Origin: Selaginella moellendorffii
Taxonomy: Eukaryota > Plantae > Lycopodiophyta
Reading direction: 5' to 3'
NCBI RefSeq assembly: GCF_000143415.4
Contig: NW_003314309.1
Span: forward strand, 124,001 to 188,000
DNA: 64,000 bases
The notes beneath the pieces were generated by a model. That model was not told the DNA's origin, made no database searches, and saw only the letters and a list, made by a program, of their open reading frames with translations. Numbering within the stretch: position 1 is the first letter of the stretch; each line of letters begins with the position of its first letter. A program made the position numbers and the translations under genes. Below are positions 12,301 to 21,165 of this stretch, in pieces.

Positions 12301-13598
12301 GTTTCCTCACTGGAGTTCTCCTTATGCAAGGATTCCTCATCCATAGCCTTTTGTTCGACCAAAGGCTCCAGCTCGGAAGGAGGTTCCATCTCCGCCTTGG
12401 TTTGTTTCTGCCCTGCCTTTGCCATCTCCCAGCAATCCGCCTCTATCCTTCGCTAGAACTGAGGAAAAGGCTCCAATACCAAATTGTAAGCCACAAATTT
12501 TTCCTTTCCAATTTGCCAGCTTACCTCGTCTATCCAACCAACACTACCTTGGCTTTTGCTAAGTTCCCTCGCCAAGGTTCCCGCCTATGGTACCAACTCC
12601 TACTTGGTCCTACTTGGTTTCAACTACTCACTACATGAGCAACAGAGCATTAGCCATCCATTCATGGATTCCCAAATCTCTCCCAATCCCCCTCCCCGGG
12701 TTAGATTGGACTTAAGGTTCGGCTACACTCCCCGCAAGCACAAGTAGCCAAGCACACTAAGCCTCCAGGTTCTTAACATCCCTTGGTACCACAATACTTG
12801 ATCATGGGACCCTCTAAATCCCAAGTCTTGAGTGCAACACATGTTTCGGGACGCTAGGGCGAAACACCATGGCCTAACGGCCTAGTATGGGTACCTCTAG
12901 CCCCCCCCCCCCACTTCCATTGGGAAGGGCGAGGACCAATGAGCCGCAAGGTACTCAAATGGGGCACCACTCCATATGAGCCGAAAGCACCATAGTCGGT
13001 TTCCCTTTCGGGAGTGGGAGCTGCTCTTAAGCACTTCCTTGGGTGGCCCCTCCGGCACCACCCGAGTCCATGCTCACTCCCACCCAAGGCCCCTCAGCCC
13101 CAGTCTCAACCTCAAGTCAGTTTGGAAGCACCACTGAAGAGTTCCTTCAAGACTGGTTCTTGGACCTCACTATCCCTATTATACTTTTGGAACCCCTTGA
13201 GGCCCCCCCCCCCCCCCCCCCCGGGAGACGCACGCTTTGGGCTTTCACCCCTTGACCTGTATTAGTACTTGGACTCGATCTCGGACTTGATCTTGGACTT
13301 GATCTCGAACCCGACTTTGGACTTGGTCTTGGACTCGATCTCGGATCCAATCTCGGACTCGACTTCGGACTCGACCTCGGACTCGGTCTTAGAACCGATC
13401 TCGGATCTTGGACTTTATCTCGAACTAGGTCTCGGAGTCGGCCTCAGACTTGAGCCCGGACTCTATCTCGAACTTGGTTTTAAAGTCGGTCTTAGACTCG
13501 ATCTCAGACTCGGTCCCATCCGATGAACTCTTTGTCATTTCGGTCATGCTTTTGGGGATCCTTTAGCCTACGACACCTCGGGGAGTTGGTTCCTTACA
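9345..13598 (-). mobile_element. Internally deleted chromodomain Ty3/gypsy element, copy 2, with complete 5' LTR
   Basis: Same gag/integrase/chromodomain ORFs as copy 1; complete LTR 12485-13598 with TGTAAG...CTTACA termini and PBS at 12469-12481. Confidence 0.88.
13269..13516. repeat. 12-bp tandem repeat array (consensus ~TCGGACTCGATC) within the LTR U3 region
   Basis: ttggactcgatc tcggacttgatc ttggacttgatc tcgaacccgact ... about 20 degenerate units. Confidence 0.85.
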
Positions 13599-13599
13599 G

Positions 13600-16300
13600 T
13601 AACTCACTTTATAATAAGCATAAGAATTATCATCAATGATCAATATAAAGGATTCAACATCTTCAATATTGATCATTAACTCTTCCCCTTGTAAAGTTAG
13701 TATAGTCCACGACTGAATCACTTTTCAAGGAAAAGCTAAAGTTGTTGACCCCTACTAAACAATCTCGTCTAGAACACAACTAACTCAACTTGCAACTCAG
13801 TTTATTTGAACGTCAACATAATTGCTAACTAGTAAATACATGAATGCCAATAACATAAAGCTATAGCCCAAACATCAACACTATTTACATCAAGACTAAT
13901 GAAATTCAATATCAATCTTATGGAGAGATATTTCATTTCAGTCAAATCTCAACAACAAGGCATCACTTCAATGCCATCAACACCATAATAAAGCTAAAAG
14001 AAAGCAAGAGCGAATCACCACTCAAAGCTCTTTAGCAACCAAGCTATACAAAGTCAAAGATACCTTAGTTAGTATCTGAGACCAATCCTTCAACATTACT
14101 TAGTTACAAATAACACACTATCAAAGAGTGATTCACCACATCCAAGACTCCATGAAATCCAACACCATGGACTAAATGCAAACAAATGACATCGACAAAG
14201 GTAGAATTTATATACCAACATGGAAAAACTATATAAGTTTAATGACATGATCTTCTACAACACCATTTGGTAAAGCAAGCCTATCACTGCTAAATCATCA
14301 TCGAGCAAAGCAAGTGTTAAATAATCCTTAACAAAGTCTACAATCAATCATTAGTTTCTAAACAACTAACAATCACTCTTCAACTTGCCTTCACAAGACT
14401 TGAACACTAAACTCATGCCATCAAATCATATACTTGTCTAATATAAATGTAATACCTCAAGTACGAGATAAAGGTTTATGGACAGGCATAAATTAAATGA
14501 CTACTTGAATCCAACTCAACCGCAATAAGCTCATCAATATGTTTAGATAATAGCTCTGAGCATGCCTTAAAGAGGCTAGCTATGCATGATCAACATTTAG
14601 TCATAACTAAAGTGAAAATCATGAGATGGACTCATATCAGTACACAACCTCCTCATATACAAAGTTATAGTATGGGTACCAACATTTTAACCTCAGACAA
14701 CTAAGTTGGACATCACCATCCTCAGCTAAGGCACAAGGCCACCAAAACTAAGTTAAGATCAGTGAGAGCTCACTACTCTCATATAGTTTAACAAAATGCA
14801 AAGTGAACCTACCACCAAGCACAATGCTACAGAAAAAAGGCACAAGAGTCACATTTCTAGAAAATTGTAATAACTACTTTTCTACATCAACTCCAGACTC
14901 TATCCAACTCAATTGCTTTAGCCTCAAAAGTTAGCATCCCTTTCGGGCCGTATTATACAAACTACTTACTAGGGTTTAAGCTAACCAAAATTAACTTCAA
15001 CTCCTTCACTAGTTTGGATTGGCTTACAAAAATAGATTAATTTTTGAGCAAAGTGATCAATAGATCAACCATTGAAAAATCCTGAAAAAAATTTGTAGAA
15101 AATTTTCCATCCTAGAGAAAGAATGACTCTCAGTCTAGGAATGCAAACTTTCAAGACTCAACCAACTTCCTCCTACTAACAACTTCACATATGTTCACCT
15201 CAACACTAATTCTCATGACTCAACAATATATTTAAGCATCGAACATCATGCCCATATTTCGACATCCAACACAGACATCTGCAAAAATGCATAATGAACA
15301 TTTAAGGCTTGATCATGAAGACCATATCTTTAGATATCCATATTACACTAACACTATTCTTCAATTACCTTCAACATTTAATATGAAGCCAAAACACTAA
15401 CAAGAAAAATGACATGGAAAATCAAGTTCTAAAGAAAATTCCTCATCACTTGAAACAACAATGCTACTTCCTTAACACAAGTGCTAACAATGTCAATGCT
15501 TCAACTACACACCTTCTCCATCCAACAATCTACTCCAAGTGCTAACGGATCAACTAACAAGCTATAGCAAGTGAATGTTATAACCCTTTTTAACACCTTA
15601 TGGGCAAACCCTTAAGTAAATAATGTATTAACTTAAGCTTAGCATAATGGATCATCATCCAGAATCTAGTCAAAGCTATTATATGTAAGTAGACTAGTTT
15701 TTCCATCAACCACTTTGGGGTTTATCATCATTTACAACTTCATAAACACATTGCACACTATCACATGGGTATGATATAAATTCACAATAACTTAATCATT
15801 AATTAAGCAACACCACAAGCAATACCCATGTCACTACTACAAAGTTTATGTGAGTATCAAGTATTAACTCAATTTGACAAAATGCAACATAAATGCCACA
15901 CCCCATCGATAGAGATTTACAACACCCAATACCACTAACTTTTGTTCACAATATGGACAAACTCATACCACTTTTTTTTTTACTAAACTCAAAACTAATT
16001 TAACACCAAGCTACTTAAGGAGCAATAGCAAGGTTCTCTAGAAAAGATTTGAGCATTATAACCCAAGTCTTCTAATAGTAAGTCAAGTTAAAATGGTTTA
16101 ACATTTCACGATTATCCATCTTTAACCAAACCTCAAGCTTGCGTTTGCACTGCCTTCAGTCCAATCCAAGAAAATTTTATGAGAGAGTACGGCAATGATT
16201 ATTTGAACCAATAGACTTATCCCTATAGTCTTGATTGATCCACTTATAATTATGCCTAGGAATGATCCACTAGTGTCATGCTAAACAACTATAGGCCAAC
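13600..16300 (-). mobile_element. Highly eroded retroelement internal sequence (probable gypsy gag-pol relic)
   Basis: No ORFs; faint minus-strand motifs (LFDS protease-like near 14120, GVVED..IK near 14260, VVDY near 13705); strong A/C strand skew. Confidence 0.35.
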
Positions 16301-16428
16301 CTATTTACCACTCTTAGAAAACTCAAGGAAGGTTTACTTTTTCTCACGGTACATAGAACAACTCATGGAACCATTGGAATAACTTATGGAATCATTGATA
16401 GGTTAATATTAATCCTATTAACTCAAAG

Positions 16429-17340
16429 TGTAACCTCGAGTTGCTAATGTGCTTCACTCACGAGCCTAAGCACAAACTCGTGTATAATGGTACATCTCAG
16501 TCCTTCTTAGGAGCCCAAGAGCAAACTCATATAATAAGGTACAAAAATGCAACCAAATCCATACCCAAGAAACAAATGTGAAGCCTTTGCACCCAAACGT
16601 GTACCCACTCGGATCATCATTTTCATCTCTACATATTCAACGAAATTAGTTGCCCAATCTCATTGGATAGTATTTACTAAGACTCATCCTCTGATACTAA
16701 TTGTAGCGCATGTGGTTTTCACCCTTTATCCTATGGTGATTTACCATAGGATAACCACGAAGCGGAACCTAAACCCTCTATATACCATGTGTCACATGCC
16801 ACGTGTCCAAAAGATAGTGGAGTGGAGCTTGAGTTTCAAAGCCTTGGGCCACTGAATGAAAGAATGGTGCCAAACTCCCAAGTATAGAACCAAAGAGTAA
16901 TGGCACTAGAGCATGGAATGAATCCCAAGCATATAGCCCAAAGAGTGAAGAGATAGAAGCACGAAGCGATTTGGAATAGTTATAGAGCATCTAACATCCC
17001 AATGCCAGAACCAACACGTAAAATGGTGCCAAATGGAGTCTGGCGTTATTTCAGCATATCGGTGGCCTAACATAAAGATATAAGTACTCCACCTGGAACT
17101 TAGGTTTAAACCCAAGCCGGATGTAGAATAAAGATAAACACACAAACGAGAGCTAGATTATGCCCCAAGTTGGTCAGCTATGCCCAACCTACCCATTATC
17201 CCTACTATACATTTGGAACCCCCTATATCCTGCTACACCTCCTCCCCCTCCCCCCCCCCCTGAGGAACACATGCTTTGGGCTTTCACCCAAGCTTCCCTT
17301 AGTATTAGGAGTTAGTTTCTGAGACAAGCTCGAAACTTAC
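16429..17340 (-). mobile_element. Degenerate solo-LTR-like sequence of a family related to the 12485-13598 LTR
   Basis: Shares the block tatccctactatac..ttggaacccc..polyC..gctttgggctttcaccc (17195-17290) with 13170-13250; a second copy lies at ~29700-30160. Boundaries uncertain. Confidence 0.5.
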
Positions 17341-17511
17341 TAAATGTGGAATCCCCCTAAATTGTGAATTTGAACATGGGACAAACACCATTGTGTTCAA
17401 GACAATCTCTACATTCTGTAAATATGTCAAATGAGCAAATCTAAACACTTTTCATAAATAACATTTGGGACTAAAATGAGATTAATACAAAGAACATGAT
17501 AGTGAGGGTAT

Positions 17512-17706
17512 TGTAAGCTCTTGAGTTTTGGACTTCCCGGGAGGTCACCCAGCCCAGTACTATTCAAACCCAAGGACGCTTAACCCCAAGTATCCCAAGA
17601 CCCTTAACCGATTGGAAAAGGGGGTGCACTCTTGTTCATGGGCCCTTTCCCTCTATATTTGAACCCCATGGATCGTCTCTCGAGTCGTTCCCTTTGGTTG
17701 CTTACA
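17512..17706 (-). mobile_element. Cassandra-like solo LTR carrying the 5S rRNA internal control region
   Basis: TGTAAGC...GCTTACA 7-bp TIR; 5-bp flanks ggtat/agtat (TSD, 1 mismatch). Minus strand 17584-17530 GTTAAGCGTCCTTGGGTTTGAATAGTACTGGGCTGGGTGACCTCCCGGGAAGTCC matches the 3' half of plant 5S rRNA (A box, IE, C box). Confidence 0.85.
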
Positions 17707-17959
17707 AGTATTTGGCAAACACAGTAAGCTATCGTTTAGTGAATATTGAGGGACGAAGCTCAATATTACAAGGGTTCTTAACACTAGCAAGTGCAAATCA
17801 ACAACACGAGTTTCTCGTTACCATGTTTAGTATGCTTGATTTAATAATAACTTAGGATTTCCTTCTTTAGTGCCCTTCTGGCTTAAGTGCATATGTGCTA
17901 ACCAGTTTCTCAACTAGCTTGGGTGGAGACCATAAGGGAACTAACAGTAGTAACCTTTT

Positions 17960-19665
17960 GCTATTATGGTAATATGGAGAGAGTGTATGTAAGGATTGGT
18001 TGACAAATATCTTTTGATACCTGAAGTCATATTTGCGACAAAAATGTGCTTGTGTTGTCATAACTATTGTAAGTAATGTTACTTCCAATAAACACACACA
18101 TATGATTAACTTTTCTTTCATAAAAAGTATCAAAGATTTATCTACTTCTTGAGCAGTTAAAAATCTAATTAAAATTAAAATTAATTGAATTCAAAAAATT
18201 AAATCAATTAGTACCATAAAACTTCTCCAAGTAAATATATTACTTTCTAGTGTTGTGTTTCCCATTATAAAAATGGGATAAAAATCCTAATAACTATATT
18301 AATTAACATTTTAGTAAATTTAGAAACGTACTCATAGTAAATGAAGCCAATTGTTTTCATACCTATTAAATTACCTTTCTCATCTATACAATTTGAAAAT
18401 TCAGTTCCATATATTGTAAACACTTTAAAAGCCTCTATATTATCAATAAATCATTTATTTTGATGACTTGTTAATGTCCAAGTTCTATGATCAATTTTTC
18501 CATCATGTAGCAGCCACATATTTTACTTCATTTTGCACACAACTAAGTCTTTTTTAGTACTTAATTCATCATTTTTACCAGTAATAGTTTTATATATAAT
18601 TTCAAAAACATTCTTAAATATATGCGTGTAATCCTTTAAAAATGCTATTGGCAACTTATAAAAATATGGAAGTTGATAAAATGTGGATATAACCATTTCA
18701 TACCATTAGGTAATGATATTTGATCTTCTTGTCTAACCAAATAATAATATGGTACCTATTTTTTTGGATTCATTTGTCCTAGTATTGGTCAAATATAATT
18801 ATGACTATTAAATAAACTACTTAAAATTATGCTTTAGAAATAATAACTAAAATCTTACATTCTATTAGTAGACCTAAATAGATGATCTATAGGTAAGAAA
18901 CACCAATGACCAATATATATGCTTTTTTATAAACTTCTTGACTATATTCTAAGAATCTAGATCCACAATCTGGGTAAAAGTATTTTCCCATTAGTTCAAA
19001 GTCTTGGAACAAAATCATAATCCAGGAAAATCATGAATAAACTATCACACTACTTCTCTAAGCTTAAAAAATTGTTGACCCTCTAGCTTAGAATTATCTT
19101 TGCATGGCACTCCATCCCATAATTGTTTTAACTCTTCCAAAAATAATAACCAATAAATATTAAGTACCTTAGGAAGTTTTGGGCCTAGAAAAATTATAGA
19201 TATAAATATTTCAATTTATTTTTTTAAACTAATACCTAGTATAATCATAATAAGGAATATAAATGAAGGCTTAATTGCTAGAGTTGGTGGTATATTATTA
19301 TTAATTGCAACAATTGCCTAACATGAATATATTTTTGCCATTAATTTTGTTGGAGAAAGATCATCTGCAGCCATACTAAGATGTATATTTCTTGGATCTA
19401 CTGCAAAATCTGGATAATCATCTTCGAATTTTATTTTAAGTTGAACCATCTGCAGGCATTTTCATTATTCCATTAGTGGATTGATGATAAAATGATAAGT
19501 TATATATTGTGTTATTTCTCTATATTGAAATTATTGTTGGGTATAATAAATAAATAATGCATTATTTTCTCAGGTATATAATTATTAAAATCTTTGTGCT
19601 TGCTAGCATTAGAAATTCTACAAAATTGAAGGTCCTTATTCTCCTTATAAAATAACATACAATCA
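17960..19665 (-). mobile_element. CACTA/En-Spm transposase (Transposase_21/Tnp2-like) relic, unit 1
   Basis: NDCMLFYKENKDLQFCRIS...IPEKIMHY resembles the Tnp2 motif CPNDCMLF.KE...L..C..C....P.KV.RYF; extremely AT-rich; homologous to 35250-36470, 48050-49720 and 62270-64000. Confidence 0.7.
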
Positions 19666-19973
19666 TTCTTCCTTTTTTCTTCCAAAAGGTACTCTGACAC
19701 TAGAGCATACAGTCAATCCAAGCTTGCAAACATCTTTCACGCCAAAGAACTGGCAATGAGATTCAAGGTATTCATCTAATGCTTTGAAATCTCTCCCACC
19801 TTTCTCTTTTGTCAATGCTTTCTCTTTTAGGCTGAAGGAGTTGACATCACAGCTAATGCTGTTCATCCAGAGTTTATAATGACACCTTTGATGTGGTACA
19901 CATTCTACATAATGAGTTTGTCTCTTTGCCTTATTTGTTTTCGGTTACTTATGGAACTTTGATCTTCATGCAG

Positions 19974-20257
19974 GGGTTCTCAAGTTCCTCTCCAGCTTCC
20001 TTTGGAAAAATGTCCCACAGGTAAGAAAAATTCTCTCAATTATCTGGAAGTTTTTTGTGACTAATACGTGATCGATCTCTCAGGGCGCTGCTACGACGTG
20101 CTACGCGGCTTTACATCCAAGCCTCAAGGATGTCACCGGGCAATACTTCGTGGATTCCAACAAATCCAACTGTAGCGCTTATGGCAGAGATCCCGAGCTC
20201 ACTCACAAGCTATGGACCTTCTCCCAGGAGCTTATAGACAAGCATTCTCCATCCTAA
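19974..20257 (+). pseudogene. Last two exons of a TIC32/retinol-dehydrogenase-like short-chain dehydrogenase (orphan fragment)
   Basis: Exons 19974-20020 (VLKFLSSFLWKNVPQ) and 20084-20257 (GAATTCYAALHPSLKDVTGQYFVDSN...LWTFSQELIDKHSPS*), with canonical GT-AG intron; no upstream SDR exons nearby. Confidence 0.85.
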
Positions 20258-20519
20258 AGGTAAAAGGTTGATAGTGCTAGAGAGCGAGTGAGCAAACAAG
20301 GACAACTCAGCTGTTTACCATAAAGACGAATATGATTTATAATAATTTGTATAAGGTAAATATAATTACTTCTACACCTTAAACACCAACATGCAACTCT
20401 CATTCCTAAATCCTAAACAAAAAACTTAATACAGATCTGAGGAGAAAAACAAATTAGGAAATTATGTGTTAAAAGTGGGTACATTATACTACTATTAGTA
20501 AGTTAGTTGATGTAAATAT

Positions 20520-20860
20520 TGTTGAAATTTATGACTAAAAATTTTGGAACTACAAACCTTAAGAACTTACATTTTAGTCACAGTTTAAAAGTTGTAAATT
20601 GCAACTCTAATTAGCAGCATATATGAACTTATCTAGCTTTAAAGAACAAATTATGATTTATATTTTAGTTGTAAAGGAAAACTATAATTTCCAACTTAAA
20701 TTTGAGTAACTATAAAGCTATCACAAATTACAACTTAAAATTTGTAACTAAAGCCAATTTGCTACATTTAAGTTGAGTTGAAAATTACAACTTAGATTTC
20801 AAACAAACACAAAAATTTCGTTGGAAAAACATATCATTATAATGCTTTTATGTAGTAGTG
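20520..20860 (-). mobile_element. CACTA element terminus: TIR plus subterminal repeats
   Basis: Ends ...atgtagtagtg at 20860 (reverse complement CACTACTACAT); multiple TTACAACT/AGTTGTAA-type motifs in both orientations at 20530-20800; lies at the 5' side of the minus-strand transposase relic. Confidence 0.7.
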
Positions 20861-20874
20861 TACGGACTCGCAGA

Positions 20875-21069
20875 AGTCAAGTCTAAGTCTTGACCTGCCG
20901 AAGTCCACATTGTATCCACCGTGGCCAAAAAATCACCACAAGAAAAAATTGTGCAAAGGTCTATGTTATGTAATATAGTTGATAGCCCAGTATACCAATG
21001 GCAAATCCCAAATCCCCCACTTTATTGACTACCAAGGCTTTCATCAAGGTTCAATCGGCTCGAAGTCAA
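20875..21069 (+). promoter_or_regulatory. W-box cluster (4 x TTGACY) upstream of LRR-RLP copy 1
   Basis: agtcaa 20875, ttgacc 20890, ttgact 21025, agtcaa 21064. Confidence 0.6.
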
Positions 21070-21165
21070 GTGTGCCAAGAATTGATTAACATTTGTGCGT
21101 GTAAACTCTGCGAAAAGAAGAACCTCATCTTTCATGATAGCTCCCACTCTTTGATGTTCTGATCC

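Larger units (their letters stand above)
4090..12899. repeat. Tandem duplication, 2 x ~4406 bp (4090-8495 / 8496-~12899)
   Basis: Identical ORF sets at offset 4406-4407; only about 5 differences seen by eye; the junction lies in a C-run (ctcta-cccccc-tagaag). Confidence 0.95.

Noticed and set aside
13147-13526. Ser/Pro/Arg-rich and Leu/Asp-rich small ORFs
   Set aside because: Translations of the 12-bp LTR tandem array.
15832-15845. cactactaca as the matching left CACTA TIR for the end at 20860
   Set aside because: Only a 10-bp match, flanking 3-mers differ (tgt vs tac), and no subterminal repeats are nearby.
17530-17585. Functional 5S rRNA gene
   Set aside because: Only the 3' ~55 nt matches, the 5' half is absent, and it is embedded in a TG...CA element with TSD.
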